A DNA stretch of 64,000 bases. Source: an uncultured Gammaproteobacteria bacterium (GTDB lineage: Bacteria; Patescibacteriota; Microgenomatia; Woykebacterales; RBG-16-39-9b). Shown in pieces: positions 1-9,743 of this stretch (its first letter is position 1; every line of letters starts with the position of its first letter). Below the pieces are notes generated by a model. The model searched no databases and was not told the DNA's origin. It saw nothing but the letters and a program-made list of their open reading frames with translations. The position numbers and the translations under genes are program-made. Where the stretch lies: the NCBI GenBank assembly GCA_964367355.1, contig CAYIWY010000002.1, positions 7,296-71,295 on the forward strand, given 5' to 3'.

Positions 1-1
1 T

Positions 2-202
2 CCGCACGAGAAGTTCGTCTTCGGCACCGTCGTCAGTGAGCCGAAGCCGAAGGGAGAAGGTGGGACGATCACCAAGGACACGCAATGCGTCGTCTTCTGG
101 AAATCGCGCTACCCGACACCACGACCGCACCGCAAACCTGGCGAGAGTGAGCGCTCTCGGCTTTCCGTCGAGTACGCCCGCAGCTTGAGCACCCGGATCT
201 AA
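2..202 (+). CDS. Partial hypothetical protein (5' end outside window), GC-rich orphan type
   Basis: Open frame 2 (PHEKFVFGTVVSEPKPKGEGG...STRI*) ending TAA at 200-202, followed by a terminator. Confidence 0.6.
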   Translation, partial: PHEKFVFGTVVSEPKPKGEGGTITKDTQCVVFWKSRYPTPRPHRKPGESERSRLSVEYARSLSTRI

Positions 203-224
203 TAACCCCAGGCGATCAAACTAC

Positions 225-267
225 AAACGGCGATGAGGTACAAACTTCACCGCCGTTTAACTTTTTT
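225..267 (+). terminator. Intrinsic terminator
   Basis: AAACGGCG...CGCCGTTT stem followed by T-run. Confidence 0.7.
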
Positions 268-394
268 AAGTTAACAAATTCCTGACCCTTTTCTTGTTTT
301 AATTACACAGTTAAGCTAAAATTTCCAGACAATGGCACTCAATGTTAACAAAAAATACAAATTAAAGAGTAAAACTACCCAGGAAAACTAGTCT

Positions 395-1534
395 ATGCAA
401 AATGTTGTTTGTCCCCATTGTGGTAAAGAAGTCGAACTCACCGAAGCTTTCCGCCACGAAGTTGAAGAAAGAATATCCAAGGAATTGAAGGCTTCCCAAA
501 AAGAGCAACTCGAAAAAGTTAAAAGAGAAACTGAGGATCTTCTGGCTAAACGCTTTGCTGAGGAAAATAGTTTTCGTGTAAAGAATTATGAAAATGAACT
601 GGAAGAACTACGCAAAAGCAAAAAAGAAACGGAAAATAAGTATCTCGAAATGATGAGAGAAATAAGGGAACTGCGTGAATCAAATGATAAAACTAGAATT
701 GAAAACGAAAGAAAACTTAACGAGCAGATTGAAAAAATCAAAAACGAAGAAGACCAAAAGGGTAAGCTCGAAAAAATGGAGCTACAGAAAAAACTCGACG
801 ACATGCAAAAGTCGCTCGAGGAAGCGCAACGAAAATCAGTCCAAGGTAGCCAACAACTCCAAGGCGAAGTCTTGGAACTGGATCTAGAAAAACAATTGCA
901 ACTTTCTTTTCCGGAAGATGAAATCCTTCCAGTTCCAAAAGGAATTAGTGGGGGAGACGTACTACAAAAAGTCCGCAATAAAATCGGTCGGGAAGCTGGA
1001 ACAATTATCTGGGAAGCAAAAAGAGCTAAATGGCAGCCGGTTTGGCTTAGCAAATTAAAAGAAGATATGCGCTCGGCTAATGCCTCCGAAGCAATTTTGG
1101 TGGTGGAGAATTTGCCGGAAAAACTTCAGAATTCAGGCTTGGTAAATGGAATCTGGGTTACTTCTTACCGAGACGCACTAACTGTAGCAACTACAATCCG
1201 TTTACTATTAATGAAAGTCGCCGCGGCCAAATCGGCCGCTGAAAATAAAGACGAAAAACTAGAAGACCTTTACCAATATATCACCAGCGACAATTTCCGC
1301 CACAAAATCGAATCCCAACTGGAAAGTTTTATTGAATTAAAAGCTGACCTTGACAGCGAAAAACGTTCAATGGAAAAAAACTGGGCCAAAAGAGAAACGC
1401 AACTTTTGCGCTTAGAAAGAAATACTTCAAAGATATTTGGGGAACTCCAAGGCATCGCCGGCCCGGCTTTACCTTCGATCAAACTTTTAGACGGTCCGGA
1501 AACCGAAAACGAACAAGAAGAACTACCTCTTTAG
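395..1534 (+). CDS. DUF2130-type coiled-coil protein
   Basis: N-terminal CPHC knuckle, long coiled coil, QGSQQLQGEVLEL and GDVLQ..IIWEAK motifs. Confidence 0.85.
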   Translation: MQNVVCPHCGKEVELTEAFRHEVEERISKELKASQKEQLEKVKRETEDLLAKRFAEENSFRVKNYENELEELRKSKKETENKYLEMMREIRELRESNDKTRIENERKLNEQIEKIKNEEDQKGKLEKMELQKKLDDMQKSLEEAQRKSVQGSQQLQGEVLELDLEKQLQLSFPEDEILPVPKGISGGDVLQKVRNKIGREAGTIIWEAKRAKWQPVWLSKLKEDMRSANASEAILVVENLPEKLQNSGLVNGIWVTSYRDALTVATTIRLLLMKVAAAKSAAENKDEKLEDLYQYITSDNFRHKIESQLESFIELKADLDSEKRSMEKNWAKRETQLLRLERNTSKIFGELQGIAGPALPSIKLLDGPETENEQEELPL

Positions 1535-3387
1535 CGAGAAGCGCGCAGAGCATTGAAGATTACAATCACATCAATAACCTCCTGCAAAATTGCCCCTTGG
1601 ACCGGTTTGATAAAACCAGAGGCAGCCAAAATCATCGCCACAAAAGAAGCTCCCATACCAAACATGATTCCGCCGCGGGCGATCGAAAGAACCTCTTTGC
1701 CAATCTCAATCACTTCTCGAACTTTAGCTAAATCATCGACTAAAAGAACTATATCAGCTGATTCACTGGAAACACTACTGCCACCAGCTCCCAGGGCTAT
1801 ACCAACGCTTGAGGCTGCCAGTGCCGGAGCATCGTTGAAACCATCGCCAACCATCACAACATTGCTGTATTTCTTTTTCAAACTATTAACAAAACTTACT
1901 TTTTCATCAGGCAGGCTTTGGGCTTTAACAATATCTATTCCAGTAATCGTAGCTACTTGACCTGCAACTTTTTCGCTGTCTCCGGTTAACATTGCAACAA
2001 TCTCAATTCCGGAGTTTTTTAAGCTTTGAATAATTTGCTTAATATCCGGCCTAATTTCATCACCAAAAACTATTCCCCCAATGATTTTTTTATCCAAAGC
2101 AACGAAACTTACCATACGTCCTAGTTGGTTCTGCTCTTTTTTAAAGCTTAGCCAATATTGGTTGAATTTGACACCAAAAGTCTCCAAAAACGCTACGCTA
2201 GAAACTATTACTTCCTTATTTTTAACTTTGCCTTTAACCCCCTTACCAAAACTCTCTTTAAAGTTTTCCGGGAAAACTAGCTCAATTTTTTTGTCATGCG
2301 CTTCTTTAACGACGGCCTTTGCGAGAATATGGGCTGACAATCTTTCCACTGAGGCGGAGTAGAAAAGTAGTTCTTTCTCGGAAAGTTTATCCAATTTTTT
2401 TATTTCGACAATTTTCGGAACACCAAAAGTCAGTGTTCCGGTTTTATCAAAAACAACTGCCCGGGTCTGACCAACTTTCTCCAGCGAACCACCATTTTTC
2501 ACCACAATTCCGCGCTTGGCTGATTTATTAATCCCACCCATAATCGCAATCGGCGTGGCTAAAATTAAAGGGCAAGGAGTCGCAACCACCAAAACAGCCA
2601 GAACATTAGTGACATTTTGCGTCAAAAGATAAGTCAGAAAAGCAACTATCAAAGTAATTGGCGTAAAAATTGCACCATATTTGTCCGCCAACCGATGGAT
2701 TGGAGCCTTGGTAGTTTGAGCTTCGCGAACTAAAGCAACGATCTGTTCGTATTTACTTTCGGAAGAGGTGCGAATTGCTCTTATCTGGACTGGATTATCG
2801 AGGTTAACACTTCCCGAAAGTACTGCACTGTTGTAAGCTTTGTGGGTTGGGACGCTCTCACCGGTTAAAGCCGCCTCATTCAGTGATGTTTCGCCTTTGA
2901 TGATGACACCATCAACCGGAATCAACTCCCCGGGTTTAACTAACAAAATATCGCCTTCTCGAACTGTTTCTACTTTGACATCTGAGATTTCTTTGTCTTT
3001 AACCAAATGAGCAATTCTGGGAGCGTTTTCGGCCAGTTTCTTTAGGGCGTCTGAAGCGTTTTGCAAGGCAAAGTCCTCCAAAGCCCGTCCACCTGAAAGC
3101 ATAATGATAATGATTGCGCCAGCTAAATACTCACCCAAAAGTAGGGAAGTAATAATTGCCAAAACAGCAATAATATCAGCCCCCCAATTGCGTTTTAGGA
3201 TTTCCTTGAGAGTTTCGTAAGCTAAGGGAATACCACCAAAGATTATCACCAACAAAAATATCAGGTCGGAGAATGCTTTGTTGCCAAAAAACAATTCAAA
3301 AATACTAAAGGCAACTAGAATCAAAGAAAAGAAAAACACGGGGTAACGTAACAAAATCTTCGGGGAAGAGGGGAAAAAACGTTTCAT
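1531..3387 (-). CDS. Heavy-metal translocating P1B-type ATPase
   Basis: TGES, TPCP in TM helix, DKTGTLT phosphorylation motif, MVGDGFND hinge. Confidence 0.95.
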   Translation of the reverse strand: MKRFFPSSPKILLRYPVFFFSLILVAFSIFELFFGNKAFSDLIFLLVIIFGGIPLAYETLKEILKRNWGADIIAVLAIITSLLLGEYLAGAIIIIMLSGGRALEDFALQNASDALKKLAENAPRIAHLVKDKEISDVKVETVREGDILLVKPGELIPVDGVIIKGETSLNEAALTGESVPTHKAYNSAVLSGSVNLDNPVQIRAIRTSSESKYEQIVALVREAQTTKAPIHRLADKYGAIFTPITLIVAFLTYLLTQNVTNVLAVLVVATPCPLILATPIAIMGGINKSAKRGIVVKNGGSLEKVGQTRAVVFDKTGTLTFGVPKIVEIKKLDKLSEKELLFYSASVERLSAHILAKAVVKEAHDKKIELVFPENFKESFGKGVKGKVKNKEVIVSSVAFLETFGVKFNQYWLSFKKEQNQLGRMVSFVALDKKIIGGIVFGDEIRPDIKQIIQSLKNSGIEIVAMLTGDSEKVAGQVATITGIDIVKAQSLPDEKVSFVNSLKKKYSNVVMVGDGFNDAPALAASSVGIALGAGGSSVSSESADIVLLVDDLAKVREVIEIGKEVLSIARGGIMFGMGASFVAMILAASGFIKPVQGAILQEVIDVIVIFNALRASR

Positions 3388-3442
3388 AGGTTTATTCTAA
3401 CGCAAAGTTGTTTAAAAAGGAAAAAATCGCTAGAATAAACTT

Positions 3443-3568
3443 ATGCCGCAGAAAACAAACGACCCGCTCAAACACCCGTTAATAATAGGGCTTTTTGTTT
3501 TTGGTTTAATTTTAATATTTCTCTTTGGAGCCGTCTTTTTTATTCTACAATCTTTGAAAATTAGTTAG
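3443..3568 (+). CDS. 41-aa single-pass membrane peptide (below ORF-track cutoff)
   Basis: MPQKTNDPLKHPLIIGLFVFGLILIFLFGAVFFILQSLKIS*; TAGAAT 6 nt upstream of ATG; fills the intergenic gap. Confidence 0.6.
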   Translation: MPQKTNDPLKHPLIIGLFVFGLILIFLFGAVFFILQSLKIS

Positions 3569-3606
3569 TTTGCTTTTGCCTTCAGAGAATGTCAAACTAA
3601 ATATTA

Positions 3607-4197
3607 ATGACAACAATTTACTTCGTTAGACACGGAGCAACTGAAAATAGAGGTCGAATAATTTATGGGCGAATGCCGGGCTTTAACCTTAGTGAAATTG
3701 GTCGTAAGGAGGCAGAGAGAACGGGTCAGTTTTTTGCCCAAAAAAATATTAAACAGATTTATACGTCCCCTTTAGAACGAGCCTTCCAAACAGCTGATTT
3801 TATCTCCAACCAAATCCCAGGTTCAACTATTACCCATAATTTTGACCTAAACGAGGTCGAAAGTTCTAGCTGGCAAGGTTTGTCCCCGGATGAACTTTTT
3901 AAGAATAACTCTTATGAAATGTTTATCAACGATCCAAATGCTGATATTGGCAGTGAAAATTTAAACCAACTAGTCTACCGAATCAAAAAATTCACCGAAG
4001 AAGTTGTCCAAAAACACAAGGGGGAAGAAGTCATTTGTGTATCCCACGAAATTCCAATGCTGGCATTAAAACTGCATTTTGAAGACAAACCTTTAGTCAG
4101 TTTGAAAACCTATCACTTATCGACTTGCTCAATAATCGAATTCGGATTTGATGAAAACGGCAAGTTTGTTTCTGCAAAATTACTAACCTCAGCTTAA
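3607..4197 (+). CDS. Histidine phosphatase (phosphoglycerate mutase family)
   Basis: RHG motif, SPLERA, distal VSH. Confidence 0.92.
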   Translation: MTTIYFVRHGATENRGRIIYGRMPGFNLSEIGRKEAERTGQFFAQKNIKQIYTSPLERAFQTADFISNQIPGSTITHNFDLNEVESSSWQGLSPDELFKNNSYEMFINDPNADIGSENLNQLVYRIKKFTEEVVQKHKGEEVICVSHEIPMLALKLHFEDKPLVSLKTYHLSTCSIIEFGFDENGKFVSAKLLTSA

Positions 4198-4589
4198 TTT
4201 CTACGAAACAAGCGTTTATTGATCGAGTGTAGCGCGTCTCCAAATCCCAATCTAGCAATTAAGTTTTTTCGGATGTGTTTATCATCTCCTTTTTGGTGTC
4301 TTTCTTTCTCCCGACGAAGCACTTCAATCATCCTCTGGACTGATCGATCAATAGCTTTGTACATATCTCGCTCTTGATCCGAGACTTTGAAGGTATGTCC
4401 TGGAACTTTAACCAGAATATCAGCGATAAAATCATCTTCTTTATTTTTTCGCCCAATTTCAGTGCGAAGTTCAACCTCAATTTTAACTATTTCCGGATAG
4501 TAATGATAAAATTTTTCAGATTTCTTTAGTGCAAAATTTTCTAAAGCTGCATTTTCTTTTACAGTTGTACCTTTAATAACTATATTCAT
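4194..4589 (-). CDS. raiA: Ribosome hibernation factor HPF/RaiA
   Basis: MNIVIKG start, DMYKAID motif, size. Confidence 0.85.
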   Translation of the reverse strand: MNIVIKGTTVKENAALENFALKKSEKFYHYYPEIVKIEVELRTEIGRKNKEDDFIADILVKVPGHTFKVSDQERDMYKAIDRSVQRMIEVLRREKERHQKGDDKHIRKNLIARLGFGDALHSINKRLFRRN

Positions 4590-4651
4590 ATGGAAAAGAT
4601 TATATCGCGCTCGAGATAAAAGTACCAGATGTCCGAAAATAAATTACCACA

Positions 4652-5434
4652 CTAAAAAACTTCGGGATTAACAACATCAGAGAGCACAATTTTACCCTCA
4701 AGTATTTTTAATGATTGAGCCGGAATTGTACTGCCGGAAATTGAGAGTCCAATCTTACTTAAACTACTGTCAATGATATTGCTAGCTAGAAAAGTAGGTA
4801 TTTCGAGTTTTCCAAATTTTGCTTGCTCGATATTAAGCTGGACTGTCAAACCTTCTACCTGCATTGTACCCACAATTTCGACCGGCGCATTAGTAGAAAT
4901 TAGATTTCCCGTAAAGATAAACTTACTATTTACTAATTTCAATTTCTGATTTCCGATCGGGAAGCCAATATTATTGCTGATCTGATTATTTAACAGTGCA
5001 TTGATCTCTGCTTCGCTAAGTTCTATATTTTTTAAGCTTTCACCCTCCTCCAAATTTCTTACTTTGTCAATCTTTGAGCTAACTTTTGCAAATTGGTCAA
5101 TCTCAACCGTTGTGAAAGACACTTGTTCAGACCCAAACAAATATCCTGTTAAAAATGGGACCTTTACTAAACCAGTCGAGCCGACTGCTCCCAGGGTAAC
5201 CACGGCAACTATCGATAAGATGATTAGGTTTCCAACAAACCAGCCAGCTAATAGCAAACCAAAAGTTGCAAAACCACCTCGCTTTGATAACCCTCCGGAA
5301 TTAGAAGGGATACCTGGATTCAAAACAATTGGCGGTTGCATCTGAAAATTGACCGACTCAATTTTTGGGGTTGGTGAAACTTCTGTTGGCGGTGGGAGTT
5401 GGATAGTATCTTCACTAAAAGCAGTATTTTCCAT
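4652..5434 (-). CDS. Membrane-anchored hypothetical protein
   Basis: Pro-rich N-terminus, one TM helix, LSEAEINALL beta-rich domain; ATG at 5434 preceded by TATTAT. Confidence 0.7.
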   Translation of the reverse strand: MENTAFSEDTIQLPPPTEVSPTPKIESVNFQMQPPIVLNPGIPSNSGGLSKRGGFATFGLLLAGWFVGNLIILSIVAVVTLGAVGSTGLVKVPFLTGYLFGSEQVSFTTVEIDQFAKVSSKIDKVRNLEEGESLKNIELSEAEINALLNNQISNNIGFPIGNQKLKLVNSKFIFTGNLISTNAPVEIVGTMQVEGLTVQLNIEQAKFGKLEIPTFLASNIIDSSLSKIGLSISGSTIPAQSLKILEGKIVLSDVVNPEVF

Positions 5435-5526
5435 ATGTCTTAATAATAGCCTAACCAATACGGTAATTTCTGTCAATCTCACTTGAAAAATTTGATAAAA
5501 AAAAGGCTATCCCTTAAACTTAAAGA

Positions 5527-5889
5527 ATGCATCCTGCCATTTCGTTTAGTGCCTATCTTTCTAGCCTACCTCTACAATTTCTTCTGTGGTGGTTTGTTGA
5601 GGCTACCTTTACCTTATTTAAAATAATGCGCTTTTCTCTAGCCGCCGCCTACCATTTACTGGGAACAGGTTCTCTTATCAAAACTTTCTTCAAACCCTGG
5701 AAAAACGAATACCGTGAAGGGTTGGTACGTTTTTCTATTCTTATGGGTATGTTTATGAAAACAATGCTGTTGATTTTCGATCTTTTCTTTTTTTCTTTTC
5801 TTATTTTGACAGAGTTTATTCTTTTGCTAGGCTGGATTTTACTACCACTGATAGTTTTGGGAGGAGTCTATGCTGCAATTTTCTCCTAA
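5527..5889 (+). CDS. Small membrane protein coupled to the Clp ATPase
   Basis: Hydrophobic, TFFKPWK motif, overlaps the next gene. Confidence 0.75.
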   Translation: MHPAISFSAYLSSLPLQFLLWWFVEATFTLFKIMRFSLAAAYHLLGTGSLIKTFFKPWKNEYREGLVRFSILMGMFMKTMLLIFDLFFFSFLILTEFILLLGWILLPLIVLGGVYAAIFS

Positions 5890-8326
5890 AAACTCCACCC
5901 TCTGGCAAGTGGCTGCTTTTAGCCTAGTCTATTCATCAATTTTCGGTGTAATTATCCGGCTGGGAATTCTATTTGGCTTATTCTTAACTATAATTCTTCT
6001 GACAACCAACGGTTCACAAAAACTACCACTTTTTATTTTTTCCCTTTTCGGAACTTTTTTGATGTTTGAGGCCTTTTACCGCTTTAAAGTTTTGCGCACT
6101 AAACCAGCTTTAAAAGGCTCGGAGATTTCTGAAAAAACCAATTTAGCGGATTTGGTTTCGCTCGATCTTGCCAAGGCTCTGCTATTGCATACCAAGTGGT
6201 CGACAACTTCTGCCCTTGTTAAGGTGCTCTATACCAACCGAAAAGTAAAGTTTGTTTTTAATAAAGCCGGTATTAGTACAGCGGATCTCAAACAAACTTT
6301 AGAAATAAATGAAACAGTCAATATCGCCTCTCTACTGCAAGAAGCATTGGCTTTTGCGGAAAAAGACAACGTTTACCATATCGATAGTCTAAGTTTACTT
6401 GCCGCCATTTTTGCGAACTCAAAAGCTTTAGAAAAGCTACTTTTTGATCAGGAATTAAAATTTGCAGATTTAGTCAATATTATCCACTGGGGAAGAATCT
6501 TTTATCACGAGAGAGAAGGGTCAATCCCGTTTTGGGAAAAGCCGACAACTTCTTTGGGGATAGGCATGGCATCGGTTTGGTCCGGAGGCTGGACGATCGA
6601 AACCGAGAAATTTACCAAAGATATTTCTAGCGAGATATTAGGAAAGGAGGAGCACTATTTAGTTGGTCGAAAAAAAGAAATTTCTGAAGTCGAAAATGTC
6701 TTATCCAGATCTGAAAGGCGAAATGTAATCCTACTGGGACAACCAGGCCTAGGCAAAAACACTATAGTCTACTCACTGGCAGCAAAGTCAGTCCGCGGTG
6801 AACTTCCTGACTCACTTCGCTTCAAACGATTCTTGGAGCTTGATGTCACCTCTGTTATTGCAAGTGCCAACCCGAACGAGATTGAGCAAAGAGTAAAAAA
6901 TATACTGGTAGAAATAAGTCATGCCGGAAATGTTGTTCTGTTTATTCCTGAAATTGAGAACCTTGCTGGAGCCTTGGAGAACGGCAAATTGGATATTTCC
7001 GGATTACTGGTTAATTCGCTACAGGATATAGATCTACAGATAATCGGGACGTCCAATCGCGCTGCCTTTCACCAATTTATCGAATCAAAAGCCGCCTTTG
7101 CCAATGACTTTGAGGCTATCGACGTTTCGCAGCCATCAGTTGAAGAAGCAATACAAATTCTGGAAGAGGTTGCAATAAAAATAGAGCAAAAAAACAATTG
7201 CATTGTCACATACTCTGCTATCAAAGCGTCAGTTGAACTGTCGGAAAGATACCTAGTCGATCGGGTTCTTCCTGGAAAAGCGATTGATATTTTAGATGAG
7301 GCTTCTTCCGCAAAAGCTTTAAATGGGGGAGGTTTGTTAACTAAAGACGATATCGAAAAAGTTATTTCTGACAAGACCAATATTCCGTCTGGCATTGCGA
7401 AAGGAGAAGAAAAAGACAAACTTCTTAAACTTTCCAAAACTCTGCACCAGAGAATAGTCGGTCAGGACGAGGCCATCGATTCGATTTCCCTAGCAATCCA
7501 GCGTTCCCGAACTTTGAAAAAAGAGTCAACACGCCCCAACGGTGTATTTCTTTTTCTTGGCCCAACTGGAGTAGGAAAAACTGAAACCGCTAAAGCATTG
7601 GCGGAGGTTTATTACGGATCGGAAGAGCGAATTATTCGTTTTGATATGAGCGAGTTCAACCAGGAGACCGCGGTTTTTCGTCTGATTGGTTCACCTCCCG
7701 GTTCATCTGAATACAAAGAAGGTGGGCAACTAACTGAAGCAGTACGCGTCAATCCATTTAGTTTAATACTCTTGGACGAGCTGGAAAAATCCCATCACAA
7801 AGTACTCGAACTTTTTCTGGCAATTTTTGACGAGGGGAGAATTACCGATTCTTCGGGAAGACTAATTAGTTTTACAAATACGATAATTATTGGAACCTCG
7901 AACGCTGGAGCTGAATTTATCCGTGAGAACATTCAGAAGAACACGCCGGCTGAAACCTTGAAAAAAACCTTAACTGAAAAACTTCTTCACGACGGTATTT
8001 TTAAACCAGAATTTCTCAATCGTTTTGACAGTGTTGTTGTCTATAAACCACTCAACCAGGCAGAAGTGGAAAAAGTCGTTAGTTTAATGATTGTAAAACT
8101 TATCAAAAGACTACAAAAACAGGATTTGGAAATCAGTGTCGCACCAGAAGTGGTCACATACTTAGCCCAAAAAGGCTATGATCCAGAGTTTGGAGCCCGA
8201 CCCTTGCAACGAGCAATTCAAGATCAACTGGAAGGCTTAATTTCAAAAGCTCTTCTCGAAGGAAAACTCAACCGCGGTTCAAAAGCCAATGTGATTCTAG
8301 TTGGAAACGGTCTGCAACTTTCTTAA
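5870..8326 (+). CDS. ClpA/ClpC-like AAA+ ATPase with N-terminal TM helices
   Basis: Two AAA modules (GQPGLGKN; GPTGVGKT, LLDELEK), RFDMSE, FGARPL. Confidence 0.92.
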   Translation: MLQFSPKNSTLWQVAAFSLVYSSIFGVIIRLGILFGLFLTIILLTTNGSQKLPLFIFSLFGTFLMFEAFYRFKVLRTKPALKGSEISEKTNLADLVSLDLAKALLLHTKWSTTSALVKVLYTNRKVKFVFNKAGISTADLKQTLEINETVNIASLLQEALAFAEKDNVYHIDSLSLLAAIFANSKALEKLLFDQELKFADLVNIIHWGRIFYHEREGSIPFWEKPTTSLGIGMASVWSGGWTIETEKFTKDISSEILGKEEHYLVGRKKEISEVENVLSRSERRNVILLGQPGLGKNTIVYSLAAKSVRGELPDSLRFKRFLELDVTSVIASANPNEIEQRVKNILVEISHAGNVVLFIPEIENLAGALENGKLDISGLLVNSLQDIDLQIIGTSNRAAFHQFIESKAAFANDFEAIDVSQPSVEEAIQILEEVAIKIEQKNNCIVTYSAIKASVELSERYLVDRVLPGKAIDILDEASSAKALNGGGLLTKDDIEKVISDKTNIPSGIAKGEEKDKLLKLSKTLHQRIVGQDEAIDSISLAIQRSRTLKKESTRPNGVFLFLGPTGVGKTETAKALAEVYYGSEERIIRFDMSEFNQETAVFRLIGSPPGSSEYKEGGQLTEAVRVNPFSLILLDELEKSHHKVLELFLAIFDEGRITDSSGRLISFTNTIIIGTSNAGAEFIRENIQKNTPAETLKKTLTEKLLHDGIFKPEFLNRFDSVVVYKPLNQAEVEKVVSLMIVKLIKRLQKQDLEISVAPEVVTYLAQKGYDPEFGARPLQRAIQDQLEGLISKALLEGKLNRGSKANVILVGNGLQLS

Positions 8327-8393
8327 ATTCAAATCTTTGGCCATGTGCGGTATAATAAGGCTCTTCAATAAAGAAAGCAGGGAGGTTTGAAAA

Positions 8394-8705
8394 GTGTTCA
8401 AGCGATTTTGGCTTTGGTTGACTGAAAATTTCGGCTTCTTGACCACAAAAGGATTCGTTTGCTCGTACTTCTTCGGATTATTTGGAGCAGCCTGCTTCTA
8501 TCGCCTATTGATAGAAGGTGAGGGTCTAACTGCAATAATAATTACCGAGCTGGTCGTGATCGGATTAATCTTCTTCTCGGTTGCATTAGTCGCTGGACTC
8601 TTTATTTTTGGTGAATATTGGCCAGGTCTCCACTTCGGAAACGTTCTCGCTGATCTTGACGCAGGGAAAGGACTTGCTTCTAAACCAAGACGAAAACGTC
8701 TCTGA
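8394..8705 (+). CDS. Orphan membrane protein
   Basis: TATAAT promoter, GGAGG SD, GTG start, two TM segments, terminator at 8737-8769. Confidence 0.7.
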   Translation: MFKRFWLWLTENFGFLTTKGFVCSYFFGLFGAACFYRLLIEGEGLTAIIITELVVIGLIFFSVALVAGLFIFGEYWPGLHFGNVLADLDAGKGLASKPRRKRL

Positions 8706-8736
8706 AGACTCAAGAAAGAACGGTGGGTAACAGCTG

Positions 8737-8769
8737 AAGGTCTGGTTAAAATTATAACCAGACCTTTTT
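8737..8769 (+). terminator. Intrinsic terminator
   Basis: AAGGTCTGGTT/AACCAGACCTT stem with T-run. Confidence 0.75.
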
Positions 8770-8834
8770 CATTGACAAGGACGGGCCTTGTCAATGTTTT
8801 CGTTAATTTTAGCCTGCAAGGCCCGGTCTTGTCA
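8770..8834. repeat. Two inverted copies of a REP-like palindrome CAAGGCCCGKYCTTGTCA (third copy 9650-9667)
   Basis: CATTGACAAGG-ACGGG-CCTTGTCAATG at 8770-8796; CAAGGCCCGGTCTTGTCA at 8817-8834. Confidence 0.7.
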
Positions 8835-8991
8835 CAACATTTTAAAACCCAAAATCTGCGAAGCAGAGCGCAGGATCCTAACGGGGTTAATCCTAAGTCG
8901 TCTTCGACGCAAGACGCAAAGCGGCTTATAGTTTGACTTCTCCTGGGTTTTGTGGTAAAGTAATTTCAAACTGACACAGGAGGTGCTTTCG

Positions 8992-9462
8992 ATGTTTCTC
9001 GGGAGAGAGTGGAAGTGCCAAAAGTGCGGCACTTTAAACAAAGCGCGGTACGCTTCTTACGATACGTGTCGTGCCTGCGGCCACATGGCGCGATCGTATA
9101 CCAATTGGCTCCGCAGTCTTTTTCGCCCCTACCAAAACACTTACATGGTGTTTGAAGTCAAGGAGTGTTACAGAAAAGGACGACGGAAGCTGCCGAACAA
9201 AAAGGTCGAAGGCCTCTTTGGTAATATCTGCCATCGACCCGAAACCGGGTTTACGATTGAGTTCGAAGTTCGCAAGTATAACGGTCGCAGATTGAGGATG
9301 AGAATGTCGTTTCCTTTGATCGACATTCTTCCCTGGGGCAAGGACCTCTACAATCTGATCTACAACCCAGACATTTTGCTTGCCAAACTCGCTGCCAGAG
9401 AAGCGCTACCAGCAGTTTTCAATCAAATCACGAGTCCTGAGGCACAGCTTGTGATTGGCTAA
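8992..9462 (+). CDS. Orphan protein with N-terminal RanBP2-like zinc ribbon
   Basis: WKCQKCGTLN...CRACG; TTGACT-17-TAAAGT promoter; AGGAGG SD. Confidence 0.75.
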   Translation: MFLGREWKCQKCGTLNKARYASYDTCRACGHMARSYTNWLRSLFRPYQNTYMVFEVKECYRKGRRKLPNKKVEGLFGNICHRPETGFTIEFEVRKYNGRRLRMRMSFPLIDILPWGKDLYNLIYNPDILLAKLAAREALPAVFNQITSPEAQLVIG

Positions 9463-9743
9463 TCTTGGCCAGGCCTCTGAAAGGGATCGTTGGAAAGTAA
9501 TTTGTGATTGATCGGTGGGCCAATCGCACATCCAACCCCTTAATAAGTTGCCGTTTTGAACAGACCCGTCCACCAAGTAAGCCCCGTTGTGGTAATTAAA
9601 AACTACCAGCATCACCAACGGGGCTCTTTCTTTTTCATAAGTCTTACTCCAAGGCCCGGCCTTGTCATAGTCGTATTTTTTCAAGTTTCTTGCAGTACCA
9701 AAGTAAATTTGCTACAATCCCAGACAAAGAAAGGAGTAGTCGA

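Noticed and set aside
4590-4651. raiA-motif RNA
   Set aside because: The gap is only about 60 bp and the gene appears leaderless
8905-8930. RNase P RNA 3' end (GCGGCTTATAG)
   Set aside because: No matching 5' GAGGAAAGTCC; the upstream sequence is coding or terminator
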